DNA of 64,000 nt from the IMG/VR virus record IMGVR_UViG_3300018080_004888, positions 1 through 64,000 of that record. One strand, given 5' to 3'. The position numbers and the translations under genes were made by a program. Source of the stretch: a virus (Duplodnaviria; Heunggongvirae; Uroviricota; Caudoviricetes). The notes under the pieces are model-generated. The model saw nothing but the letters and a program-made list of their open reading frames with translations, was not told the DNA's origin and ran no database searches. Positions 52,210 through 62,070 of the stretch are shown piece by piece. How positions within the stretch are numbered: the stretch's first letter is position 1; every line of letters begins with the position of its first letter.

Positions 52210-52437
52210 TTAATCCTCCAACTCTTTCTTAATCTCTTCCGGCATTGCTGGACAACCTGTATGCCAGCACGTTACCGTAACTCTGTAACCTTCGTCCTTG
52301 GGGAACTTTTCCTTAAACAACCTCACCAACTTGGCGACATGGGATGAACTATAGCTGCGGATACTGCTATCCGTGGCAAACAGCCCGTGTCCCTTGTACG
52401 ATACGTTGATCTCGAAAAATGTTCCCGTTTTCATGTT
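52210..52437 (-). CDS. Small hypothetical protein (about 75 aa; the ORF track extends it upstream to 52671).
   Basis: Region starting MKTGTFFEINVSYKGHG. The upstream part of the ORF overlaps structured non-coding sequence, so the real start is probably internal. Confidence 0.3.
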   Translation of the reverse strand, partial: NMKTGTFFEINVSYKGHGLFATDSSIRSYSSSHVAKLVRLFKEKFPKDEGYRVTVTCWHTGCPAMPEEIKKELED

Positions 52438-52667
52438 TTTGGAGCCCCCATTGGGTCCATCGGGTCGCGAAATGTTTGGGCTAATGACCCTCAATCCACA
52501 ACTCAATTGCTGTCGCAGACCTCCGCCAACCCGACACAGATCTTTTCCCGTAGGGGGCATAGCTGGGCATGGCTTCCGTCGCTTCGGCTTTCGGTTACCA
52601 CAAAGGAACGACCCGCTTAATGGCGGCGTCCAGCCCAGATTATCGTTTCTCCTTATTTTAGTCCAGT

Positions 52668-52708
52668 CCAATAAAAAAACCCTTTTCGCCCTGCGGGCGA
52701 AAAGGGTT
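52668..52708 (-). terminator. Intrinsic terminator (minus strand) downstream of the intron-containing tRNA.
   Basis: AACCCTTTTCGCCC-TGC-GGGCGAAAAGGGTT hairpin followed by TTTTTTATT on the minus strand. The same hairpin family occurs at 37864 and 45435. Confidence 0.5.
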
Positions 52709-52811
52709 TCTTACCACAGGGCATACAACGACATTAACCACATCCTGTTTGAATGTGCTTATGCCAGTTCGTATTACCCTGTTTGGTCATCATTTTCAAG
52801 TTCTCCTAAAG

Positions 52812-53084
52812 TGGCAGGGGCAGGATTCGAACCTACGGCCTCAAGGTTATGCTTACCAACTACGGTTTTCACCGCCCTTACGGTTTGTGGTCTGGACTTT
52901 CTCTTCACCCTCGGCTTTAACCGTTAGGGTGCCTGCCGTCAAGTCTCTACACCTTCCCTTTTACGAGCTTGGCTCGGGATTACCATTTCACAGGCTTCCC
53001 CGAATTTGACAGGTAACCAACTTGGGTTTCCCCAAGTTGTGCCCAAATCGAGCCTTGCGAGCTACCAGACTGCTCCACCCTGCG
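52812..53084 (-). tRNA. tRNA-Met/Ile2-type (CAU anticodon loop CUCAUAA) interrupted after U33 by a roughly 199-nt group-I-intron-like insertion.
   Basis: Exon 1 (53051-53084) is CGCAGGG-UG-GAGC-AGUCUGGUA-GCUC-G-CAAGG-CU. Exon 2 (52812-52851) is CAUAA-CCUUG-AGGCC-GUAGG-UUCGAAU-CCUGC-CCCUGCC-A. The anticodon stem CAAGG/CCUUG forms across the insert. The 1:72 pair is a C-C mismatch. Confidence 0.45.
52852..53050 (-). mobile_element. Candidate group I intron (copy B), paralogous to copy A.
   Basis: Shares the R-like and S-like elements and a covarying hairpin CAACUUGGG-GAAA-CCCAAGUUG with copy A. Ends in ...GUAGUUGGUAAG (a candidate omega G). Confidence 0.35.
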
Positions 53085-53097
53085 TCAATTCTTAGTA

Positions 53098-53607
53098 TTA
53101 TAGACGGTCGGCATCGAAAAATGGTTCACGATTTTCCAGAAAATTTTTGAGGACATTCAATCCCTTCTCTATTTTCTGCCTTACTTCCCAACTTCCCTTT
53201 CCACTCAACTTAACGCGGGCTATACCGTTGGGAAGGATATTCTTCCTATTGCTCCCTCTTCTGAGATAGTTGCTCTTTTCGAAATCATCGATTCCCAAGA
53301 ACGATGCCCAAAAAGTTCTGATTGTAAGATCATCCTGGGGATTGTGGTGTTGAACACGAATCTTGAAGCTATGAAAATCAAAAAACTGCTTTATCCAAGC
53401 AACGAAGGTCTTTAAAATGACGGGATCGGAGTTTGTCATAGAAACTTCACTGTGACTGTACTTTGTTCCTTCCCCCCAGTATAAAGCCAGCCCCAATAAA
53501 TAACCAGGATCACCCAACGGGGGATGATAACTATTTTGTACTTGTTCCCGTCGCTCGATCCAAATTATTTTAAGGGCTTCTCCCCCACTTATTCCACGCC
53601 TTTTCAT
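53098..53607 (-). CDS. Possible single-motif LAGLIDADG-family homing endonuclease.
   Basis: 169 aa, I-CreI-sized. The GYLLGLALYWGEGTK motif resembles LAGLIDADG. It lies immediately upstream of the intron-containing tRNA. Confidence 0.4.
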   Translation of the reverse strand: MKRRGISGGEALKIIWIERREQVQNSYHPPLGDPGYLLGLALYWGEGTKYSHSEVSMTNSDPVILKTFVAWIKQFFDFHSFKIRVQHHNPQDDLTIRTFWASFLGIDDFEKSNYLRRGSNRKNILPNGIARVKLSGKGSWEVRQKIEKGLNVLKNFLENREPFFDADRL

Positions 53608-55768
53608 TCAACCTCCAGTTACACCAAAATTCTAGCATAACCGGAGATAAAAAGCTAGATCAATTTCTATCTACGGGGTATCTGCAATCCTGTTGATTTC
53701 ATCTTCTAGTCGTTTGACCTTCTTTTCCAGGCTTTTCACTTTCTTGATTTTCTTCTTCAAGGCAGCGACGTACTCGGCAATCTCATTCCGCTGCTCACGG
53801 CAATGGGAACACAGGTTACACCCTGGACATAGGTCGGGACCGTAGCGGATATCGTCTTCGGTAAATTCTCTCATTTTTGATTCCAAAACGCGAGAGGCAA
53901 AGACTCCCCTATCATAACGGGATCATGGGGAGGGAGCGTTACCTGATTTTCATCACACCATTTTCTAAACCATTCGTATGAAACCTTCACGGATTTTTGT
54001 CGTTCACGGATTTTTCGGTTTTTTGTCCGATCCCCTCTTTCGGGTTAGCTCCCGCTCATTTCAAGAGTCATTTGCAACGCTTTCTTCCAAGTCAGATCGG
54101 AACCCATATCCCCGTTCTTGTGTTGAAGTCGGGTGGGAAAACCATGAAGTATCAAAAATTCCGCATCGGCTTCGGCCAATCCTTCAACGAAATCAACCAC
54201 CTCGTTGCATTCAGCGACAGTAAGCTGGCCGTTGGGATGAGAATATCCCTTAGAGGCAATCTCACGCATTTTACTCATGGTTTTTGCTCCCTAACGGGAT
54301 CATGGGGAGGGATATGGTTTTAGGGTTGGCAAAGCAGACTTGAGCAACAGGAAGACGTTCTCTATCAGCAGCATCATCAGCAACCATCTCAAGATCATTT
54401 GGAATCATGTGTAACAAGCCCACCCTTCGTCGGGAGCATAGTGTTTAGCCGAAAACTCATCCTCTTTTTCCCAATCAACGGCATCTTCCTGGAACCATCC
54501 CAATTCAATGAGGCGATTCAAATCATCGGGTTCAACAGGGCGATCCGTTGAATGTACATATAGGATATCGTGTTCGGCACCACAATTAAAGCCATCTGGC
54601 TTATTGCGATATTTTTCCAGGATTATCAGTCCCTCGATAATTGCAGAAGTTCGCATCATTTATTCCTTTGGCTTTTTTATCCTACTATAGTAACAAGCAA
54701 TATCAACCGCGAGCCCAATCCCAATCAGGGCCATCTGTAGTTCCTCGATATTGCCGCCACTCTGCGAATACGCGACCATGCCGGTCAATGTTGTGCAAGG
54801 CAACAGGAGGCAACAGGCCAACGCGATGCCGCAATTTAGGGGTGTAGCATACGACCACAAATTCCATGCCCATACCGCAATCGCGATCAAACGGGGGATA
54901 ATCAAGATCAGGATAATAAGGCACACTAGATTACCATTATGTTATAACACGGGACCGTCTGAGTCCTGACGCGGTTAATCTTCGGTTTCCCAGCAAACTG
55001 GCACCGGAGGAACAAGTTGGTGCAGATCGAAACCACAAAAAGTCTGCCTGTCATCCTCGCCATTACCAGACCGGCCAACCTATTTAGTCTCTTCATTAGC
55101 CGGATAAATCCATCTTTTAATATCTTTCCTCAATCGCTTGGGCTAGAGTATCCAATGCTTGGTTCGCTTCGGGATGGTCCTTCAAGTGGCCTCTAATTCG
55201 CTTGATCCGCCGTCTAAGGCTCCATTTTGTGAAAAGGCTTTGAATGTGATCCCTAGCCCACTTGAAAGTCGTTATCGGAAGTATGATTGGAGAAATCAGC
55301 ACGGCAATCGTGCAAGTTATTCCCAGAACCACCCCTGGGCAGGGACAAGGCGGCATGTCCTTCGCTAGCTCATCCTGGCTACTGTAAACCACGATGAACC
55401 CTATGAGCCAAGCAGATGCTAGATATCCAGCTAGAATTAGCAACCAAGTTTCCATCAGACTAAAATGAACCTTTTGTTTGTGACTGGCATTACGCTAAGG
55501 GTTACACCGTGGGCGGCTTCCGCTCGTTTGGCGAAGGCTTTTGCTTCGCCTTCGTCGTCAAACCAGCCATCATATGGTGGAGGTGGAGGAATCTCGCTAT
55601 AAAATTGCGTCAAACGCAATCCTTGCATTAGGGACATTCCCGTAGAAGAGACAGCGATATCATTGATTTCTCTAATGTTATCGACTATCTCATCCGGGGT
55701 TGTTTCGTATCCATCCTCAGCTAACTGTTGCTGGATTTTCTGGAGGGCTTGTTTTGCTTGGTCGTCCA

Positions 55769-56428
55769 TCAGTTTGGTGATGAAAAGTATTTATGATAAT
55801 TCGGTTCTTCGCTGCCAAAGAATTTTGCCTTTTCCTTATGGCAATCGGCCATATTTTCAGAATCGAAGAGTTCGCTTAACCAGTATCTCTGCCTGAGCAT
55901 CTGGTATTTTTGGTCTTCGAAGCTCTTTCGGAAATATGCAATTGCTTTATCAGCAGCTTTGGTTCCTCTTTCCTCGCCAGCGGCAACAACCGCCAACGTC
56001 AATGCCGTGCAAGAAAGAAGAATCGCTTCTTGCAGTCGTTCTTTCTGATCTTCATTTGCCCATCCGCTAACGAGGATAATAAGGGCCACAACGTAATGCA
56101 GACACATATCCGCGACTTCTCCGACATCATTGATCTCACCTCCGATCTCCTTAAAGTCACCCAAGACTTGTCGAAAAACTTGACCTCTATCCTCATCGGC
56201 TTCGACTAATTCATCAACCACTTGGTCTATATCAATGCCCGAGTACCTCGCAAGAGCCATCATAAGTAAAGATGCTCGGGTTACTGTGGAGGTGGAAGCA
56301 TCGCGAAGCTCCATTTCTTCCTTTTCGGATATATCGCAGGCATATGACGCGAGCATCTCATAGAAATGTAAGGTCACATCGAGTGCGACTCGTAAGGTGT
56401 TGTCGATGTTTTTCATTTCTTGAACCAT
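55769..56428 (-). CDS. Hypothetical protein of 219 aa.
   Basis: ORF with no recognised motif. Confidence 0.3.
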   Translation of the reverse strand: MVQEMKNIDNTLRVALDVTLHFYEMLASYACDISEKEEMELRDASTSTVTRASLLMMALARYSGIDIDQVVDELVEADEDRGQVFRQVLGDFKEIGGEINDVGEVADMCLHYVVALIILVSGWANEDQKERLQEAILLSCTALTLAVVAAGEERGTKAADKAIAYFRKSFEDQKYQMLRQRYWLSELFDSENMADCHKEKAKFFGSEEPNYHKYFSSPN

Positions 56429-56991
56429 TTGGCATTTGCCGCGATAAAATATTGGATATCCACTTCGCGAAACAACTCTTCATCCCATTGGTATTTCAGT
56501 GCCTTCTCGGGATCGTTTTTTGTCATCGTCGCCCAATTGTCGTACCATACAAGTTCGGTTTTCAAGAGAGAAGCAACACCACTCCAAACTTCGTCTATTT
56601 TGAACGTGGAAGACCAAAATACGTGTATTGCATCTTCTAGTGAAACCGCTCTGGGTTGGCAGAGTTGTCCGTTATCGTAGATGTTCGGCAATGGCGGAAT
56701 AAGCGATGTATCTCCGTAACTCCTGGCGGGCTTATTCCTCATACTAACAGCGAGGGTTTTTTCACAAAACACAAACTGCATATAAGGAAAGGCCAAGGTA
56801 TAGACGAATTTCCCGCATCCGGGGATACCTAATTTGCTATCTACTTCATCATCACAGGGAATATCGAGCTTAATCGTTCTGATTTGTGGTTCGAATTCAA
56901 CAATAATGATCTCACTTGAACTATCAGGGCAATTCACATGAAGGCCAGGACTCACCAATTTATCGGCGGTACATTGTTCTAGAATTCTCAT
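56413..56991 (-). CDS. Hypothetical protein, paralog family member.
   Basis: Shares EPQIRTIKL...FPYMQF...PLPNIY...FWSSTF motifs with 57204..57950 and 62071..62883. Confidence 0.4.
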   Translation of the reverse strand: MRILEQCTADKLVSPGLHVNCPDSSSEIIIVEFEPQIRTIKLDIPCDDEVDSKLGIPGCGKFVYTLAFPYMQFVFCEKTLAVSMRNKPARSYGDTSLIPPLPNIYDNGQLCQPRAVSLEDAIHVFWSSTFKIDEVWSGVASLLKTELVWYDNWATMTKNDPEKALKYQWDEELFREVDIQYFIAANAKWFKK

Positions 56992-57203
56992 ACCACATTA
57001 TAGCCCGTTTGGGCGGATTGGTAAAGATCTACCTCTTTAGAGGGAGGCGATGATGACCGCAATGATTACGGTAAAGGTAAGCCCCATCATGACAATGAGC
57101 ATAATAGCATAGCCCCAGATACAAATAGCGATGTCCCGATTGAAGCGTTTTAACTTCTTCTCCTTCTCGGGGCCATCAGGCATTTCATCAATACGTCTCT
57201 TGA

Positions 57204-57950
57204 TTATGTGGATGGGCAGCATCTATCTAATTCCTTCAAATATCCTTTGAGGGCGGGAGTCGAACCCGTGGTTCCGATAATGTTTTTCTTCCTGGGCAAA
57301 CGGCATACTGATTTAATGAGCTTTGTTTTGGAAAAATACATAACGTCGGCCATGATTGAGTAATCTCGATCAAACTCTGTCTGTGCATAGCTCCCAGGAA
57401 CATTTCCATGAATATAAACTGTTTTTATATGAGTGGTGACATCCACAGGCCATGATTCAGCAGCCCAATCGATGTGATTCAACATGTAATCTGGGCTACA
57501 ACTTTGCCACGTTTCGAAGGTTTCTACAGTATCGCGTCCAGGAAAGATATGGTCACATATTACGCTGCCGACCCAGGACTCGGATATGCCGAATGTTGAA
57601 AACCAAAAAGTGCTTATTGCATTCTCTATGGTCTTTCTGGGATTCTGGCACACCCTTCCACTAAAAGCATATAGGTTGGGCAGAGGAAGATGATAGGACG
57701 GATCTTTATGGCTTTTGGCGGGATGGCTTCTTACTGATACAGACAACGTACCATCGAACAATACGAATTGTAGGTAAGGAAAAGGCAAAGAAAAAGTACG
57801 AACCTTTCGATACCAGGAAGGGCGATGGTTTAGCTTTACCGTTCTGACTTGCGGTTCGCATTCAACAACGGTAATTTTGTCGGTTTTTGCCAATACTCGC
57901 ATCAATTTAACTCTGCAATAAGGTCGCCCTTTGCTTCTTCGGCAAAACAA
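57204..57950 (-). CDS. Hypothetical protein, paralog family member.
   Basis: EPQVRTVKL...FPYLQF...PLPNLY...FWFSTF motifs. Confidence 0.4.
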   Translation of the reverse strand: MFCRRSKGRPYCRVKLMRVLAKTDKITVVECEPQVRTVKLNHRPSWYRKVRTFSLPFPYLQFVLFDGTLSVSVRSHPAKSHKDPSYHLPLPNLYAFSGRVCQNPRKTIENAISTFWFSTFGISESWVGSVICDHIFPGRDTVETFETWQSCSPDYMLNHIDWAAESWPVDVTTHIKTVYIHGNVPGSYAQTEFDRDYSIMADVMYFSKTKLIKSVCRLPRKKNIIGTTGSTPALKGYLKELDRCCPST

Positions 57951-58231
57951 ACAGATAGAACACCGTTGTGTATTTCACCCTCGCTCTCCACATCTTGCCG
58001 CCACGCAGCGAACTCGAAATGATCTTGGTCATTCAGCGTCATTGGATAAATCGTCGCCATTATCAAATCTCCCATTTTGGGAGGATTGTATGGCACTTCG
58101 CGATTAAGATGTATCAAAAGCCCGTTAAGCGAGTCATTGCAAAACGTGTCGGCTATCTCTTCGCTGATGATAGCCCTCATGATGTTTCCAGGGCTACCAA
58201 ATAGAGCCCCAATGCCGTTTTCTAACATAGA

Positions 58232-58825
58232 TTAACCGCAACCTTTCTGCATTATGTCTCTGACAGGGCCATCAATTTCATTCATTCCCAAAAGACTCAA
58301 CCTAATTTGCTCGACAATCTTTTCAAGCTTTTCCGTTTGCTCTTCCGTTTGCTCTTTCTCTGACACCCCGTTGTCGCGGATGATATTTAAAGCGTAATTG
58401 AGAATCCTATGCAGATACCCAAGTTGTCGATTGAAACTAGTGTGATCTTCAAAAACCAGCTTATCTTCAATGATATCGCAAGTGGGCTCTATTCCCCGAT
58501 ATTCTTTCGGCCTTCTTTTCCTCCGTCTTTGTTGAGAGAGCCTTACTTTTTCTTCCGGTGTAAGTGCCGCCTGCTCTTTTATCGAACGTTTCTGGTTGCA
58601 TTGATAGCAGGACAGAACTGTTTTCGCCTCTCTTGTTTTTTTCAATCTTTCGGGATCAAGTCGGCTACAGAGATGGTCGATTGTAGCCATCTGAGATGTT
58701 TGTTTTTTGAGGCTGAAATGTCCCGGTGGTGTGATGACTAAAAAGGTCTTTCGTCCACACCAATGGCAATGAGGATTTTCTCGCCAAAGACGATGAAGCC
58801 TTCGTCGGAGTCGTTTTGCTGTCAT
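58232..58825 (-). CDS. HNH endonuclease.
   Basis: HCHWCGRK...IDHLCSRL...CYQCNQKR motif set. Confidence 0.6.
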   Translation of the reverse strand: MTAKRLRRRLHRLWRENPHCHWCGRKTFLVITPPGHFSLKKQTSQMATIDHLCSRLDPERLKKTREAKTVLSCYQCNQKRSIKEQAALTPEEKVRLSQQRRRKRRPKEYRGIEPTCDIIEDKLVFEDHTSFNRQLGYLHRILNYALNIIRDNGVSEKEQTEEQTEKLEKIVEQIRLSLLGMNEIDGPVRDIMQKGCG

Positions 58826-59173
58826 TTGTCCCTGATGCTTTCTAACCGTCTTTCGTCATCATCGGTTATTTCGTCTCGATTGTTATCCAGAACCACCAAA
58901 GTTATTGGTATATGATGGCATACGGGTACTCTGAAAGTCCTAAAAAATCTGATACTAGTGACTTCCTGTAAAGGGGCACAACTAGATTCTTGACAGATGG
59001 CTGTGACTATTGTTTGCGTGTGTCTGTTGTCAGTATAGCAAGAAAGAGCTACATACAACCTACCACGGAATACAAACACATCGCCACAGCGTAGATCCTC
59101 GGCATTTTTGCGAGGAATATTCTTGCATTCTTCCAAGAAATTTCCCGTAACAGTGGCGGGAATATCGAAAGGA

Positions 59174-59812
59174 CTAGGCATTTTTCACTTTCAGTTTCAA
59201 ATAAGCGATTACTTCATCAGCGAGCGTGTCGGGCGACTTCTCGCCATCTAATTGGACCTCGGGATTCTCAGGTGGCTCATAAGGATCGTCAATTCCCGTA
59301 AATCCTGTGATTTCCCTTTTTCGGGCTCTCTTGTAAAGTCCCTTCGGATCGCGGGATTCGCAAATAGAAAGAGGGGTATCAACGAAAACTTCAACAAAAT
59401 CATCTCCAACCATCGATCTTGCGTTATCCCGATCAGCACGATAAGGGCTAATAAAGGCGGTAAGGGTGACGATGCCAACGTCACAGAGTAGCTTTGCTAC
59501 GCACCCTATCCGCCTTATGTTCTCTTCCCTGTCCTGGGCTGAGAAACCTAACCCAAACCTCTTCGCAAACTCTTCCCCATGATGTTCCGACAACTTTCCC
59601 GGCCCCGCATTCAAAGTATGTCGTACATTGTCGCCGTCAAGAACAGCAGAATGAACCCCTATTTCATGAAGTTTGCGATCAACAACATTGGCTATCGTAC
59701 TTTTCCCTGATGCACTAAGCCCAGTGAACCACACAACACAGCCTTTGTGCCCATTCAGCTTTTCTCGCTCTTCGCGAGTGATTGTTTGATTATGCCAAAA
59801 TACCTCGGCCAT
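59174..59812 (-). CDS. cysC: Adenylylsulfate (APS) kinase.
   Basis: P-loop GLSASGKST and the downstream DGDNVRHTLN motif are diagnostic of APS kinase. 212 aa. Confidence 0.85.
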   Translation of the reverse strand: MAEVFWHNQTITREEREKLNGHKGCVVWFTGLSASGKSTIANVVDRKLHEIGVHSAVLDGDNVRHTLNAGPGKLSEHHGEEFAKRFGLGFSAQDREENIRRIGCVAKLLCDVGIVTLTAFISPYRADRDNARSMVGDDFVEVFVDTPLSICESRDPKGLYKRARKREITGFTGIDDPYEPPENPEVQLDGEKSPDTLADEVIAYLKLKVKNA

Positions 59813-59833
59813 TTTTCTCCTTAGCTAAGGTAT

Positions 59834-60136
59834 TTATTCTTTTGATTCCTCTATTTCCTTGGTGACACATGGGATACATCGGATTGGGGATTCGGCGGGA
59901 TGAGAGGCTTTCGTGGCAGGAGAAATCCAGACCTCATCCTTGCACTTCCCGCAAACTGCCTTTGTAGAGCCAGGAACCCCAGATGGTCCCCATTTGCAAG
60001 GCACACAGACGAAAGTTATCTCCTCCGCATTCTTGTCGATTTCCTCTTGGGGTACGACCGTGATCGGAATGCCGCCGATGTTGATCTTGTCGCCTACTTT
60101 TTTTGGTTTTTCCATCGTGAATCTTCCAATTGACAA
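59834..60136 (-). CDS. Small zinc-ribbon-like hypothetical protein.
   Basis: CVPCKWG...CGKCKD...CIPC motifs. Confidence 0.3.
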   Translation of the reverse strand: MSIGRFTMEKPKKVGDKINIGGIPITVVPQEEIDKNAEEITFVCVPCKWGPSGVPGSTKAVCGKCKDEVWISPATKASHPAESPIRCIPCVTKEIEESKE

Positions 60137-60541
60137 AATAATTCACACCGAAGAGCAGTATAAATGCTTCCTCTTGGTATTCTTAAATCTCGCCAAATAT
60201 CTGAGCAATGGGATGGCCCGTGCTTTTCCAAATAGGCCCTTATTCTTTCCCGTCGCTCTATTGTGATTGGTTTAATAGTCATGTCACCCTAAGCATTAAA
60301 TGCGTGTTTTTCCCACCATTCGAGCGTTTTCTTCTCTCTCCACTTCTCCCATCCTGGGTCGGTTTCCTTTCTTATCCGAAGTTTTCTGACTTTTTCCGCA
60401 CAAATTTCGCACCAATGCAGATGCCCTTGAAGTGCGATTTTTAAGTCATACGAACAATCATCCTCAACGTACCTAATCGCTTCTGGCAGGTTGAGGCATT
60501 TCATTTCACCCCTCATAGTCTTTTCTCCTTCGTCTATCCTT

Positions 60542-60581
60542 AGAAAAAACAAACCCCGCTTCGCTCCGCGAAACGGGGTTT
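60542..60581 (-). terminator. Intrinsic terminator downstream of the tRNA-like repeat cluster.
   Basis: AAACCCCG...CGGGGTTT 8-bp stem followed by TTTGTTTTTTCT on the minus strand. Confidence 0.45.
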
Positions 60582-60595
60582 GTAAACAGTCACCA

Positions 60596-60680
60596 GCGGC
60601 GAGGGTGCTTGCGAGGACACCATCTCTGAATCCGAATCCGAAGACTCCGACCCAACGCTCTGCACTTGAGCTACTCGCCA
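60596..60680 (-). ncRNA. tRNA-like ncRNA unit 4.
   Basis: Acceptor UGGCGAG/CUCGCCG, canonical D-arm UA-GCUC-AAGUGCA-GAGC, then an internal GAGUC-UUCG-GAUUC hairpin and a GGUG-N10-CACC pseudo-T-arm. No anticodon arm. Confidence 0.4.
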
Positions 60681-60777
60681 GATGAGACTGCACGGGTTCA
60701 AATGCAGTCTCAAGGGGTGGCTCTCAGCCATACAGAACTTTTGGGTTCCCTATGGACCTTGCATCGAGAGCCACAAG

Positions 60778-60848
60778 TGGGAGTGGGTGTTCGTTAAGCA
60801 CCGACCTTCGGGCCTGTTGCCCGACGCTCTACTCTGAGCTACACTCCC
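60778..60848 (-). ncRNA. tRNA-like ncRNA unit 3 (71 nt).
   Basis: Acceptor GGGAGUG/CACUCCC is perfect. D-arm GCUC-AGAGUA-GAGC. Hairpin UCGGGC-AACAG-GCCCGA replaces a proper anticodon loop. Pseudo-T-arm GGUG-CUUAACGAA-CACC. Confidence 0.4.
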
Positions 60849-60861
60849 AAACGGACTGGAG

Positions 60862-60936
60862 TGCGAGTGGGTGTTCGTGAGGCACCGTCTCCTGCCGCAT
60901 TGCTGCGACAGACGCTTTACTCTAAGCTACACTCGC
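60862..60936 (-). ncRNA. tRNA-like ncRNA unit 2 (75 nt).
   Basis: Acceptor GCGAGUG/CACUCGC is perfect. D-arm GCUU-AGAGUA-AAGC. Aberrant anticodon-arm hairpin. Pseudo-T-arm GGUG-CCUCACGAA-CACC. Confidence 0.4.
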
Positions 60937-60939
60937 ATG

Positions 60940-61048
60940 GTGACGAGGGTAGTTGCTAATTACCATCTCCGAACCCGGATTGATCGTAAACGCCGAAGCG
61001 TAGCAGACACGATCCAAGTCCGACGCTCTGCACTTGAGCTACTCGCCA
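60940..61048 (-). ncRNA. tRNA-like ncRNA unit 1 (about 109 nt).
   Basis: Acceptor UGGCGAG/CUCGUCA (G-U), D-arm GCUC-AAGUGCA-GAGC, long internal hairpins (GAUCGU...ACGAUC), GGUA-N9-UACC arm, 3' ...A-CCA. Confidence 0.35.
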
Positions 61049-62070
61049 AAAATGTCAGGTATTAGCACAAGATCTATTCCTGACGGTGGTGATCCCCAGA
61101 TCAACATCAATAGACTCCTTGGGTCTGTACACGGGGGTTTAAAGCCCTTCACACACCTTCACCCCTGTTCTTGGTTCTACCCACGGAACAGCACGTAGTA
61201 GTGGATGCAGCATTCTAAGCTAGCTCTAAGATAACCGTCGCTATCTTTTTGCGAACTCGCTGACCTTTGTACCCCTGGGAGGTACTCTAGCCAGCCCCTT
61301 GCGGGCAGCGTCACACCTTGCGGTAATGACCGTAGGCACTTCTACTATCACCCACGCATCTTTTATCCAGCCCTCCGAAGAGGACTTAGGATTTCCCAGG
61401 AAACTTATTCAGTTTCACAACCTTATCAATGACAAATCGATATTGTGTAACAAACCGTTATACGATAAAGATACAAATCCGCATTCTTTTGGATAGCATT
61501 CTATTGGTCGGACAATAGCTCACACCCTAAGTTACTAGCGAGTTCTGGGCTCCGACACCCTTATCCCACGCCACCCTCGTACAGTTAGATGCGGAGAGGC
61601 CGCATCAGCCCCAAAGGGTTGTCCTGTCTCTGGCTTTCGCCTATGTCCGAAGACTTGACCGCCCGGTTCGTTCATGGCAAGTCAGTTTTGAGTCCCGGCG
61701 ACAAAGGGACTTGTATGCTTTAGCGACTGTCGTCGCCGTATTAGCGATTATTGTGTGGTCCAAATTGTCAAAGAGCAAATGCTTGTTCATCAAGCATACT
61801 TGGGATTCTACAGATTCCTAAAACTTCGTCAAGGGGACTTCGAAATTTTTTCAAAATACTTCCTCGGGCAACGAGCCCGAGGAAGTCGGTTGGGTAGACC
61901 AGCCAAAGACTAAAGACTGGTCGAAGAACCGAAAGGAGTATTCCAAAGGGCACCTTCTCGGGGGCGAAGCCCGAGAAGGTGCTTCCCGAAAGGAAGGAAC
62001 ATGGTCCCAAGTAAGTTGTCAAAGATCAATAATTGGGATTTTACGGATTCCCAAATCTTCGTCAAGCCCT

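Noticed and set aside
51637-53009. Plus-strand ORFs in the ORF track (for example 51637..51915, 51663..52013, 52373..52927, 52749..53009).
   Set aside because: They overlap tRNA exons, introns and terminators on the minus strand. Their repeated peptide motifs (FRFVVWTFS...) simply mirror the two paralogous intron copies. They are artefacts of structured RNA genes.
57244-57300. Possible complete tRNA at 57244 on the minus strand.
   Set aside because: Only the T-arm and 3' acceptor strand are tRNA-like. The upstream sequence has no D-arm or anticodon arm, and it lies inside an ORF. I treat it as a fragment or possible att remnant, not a gene.
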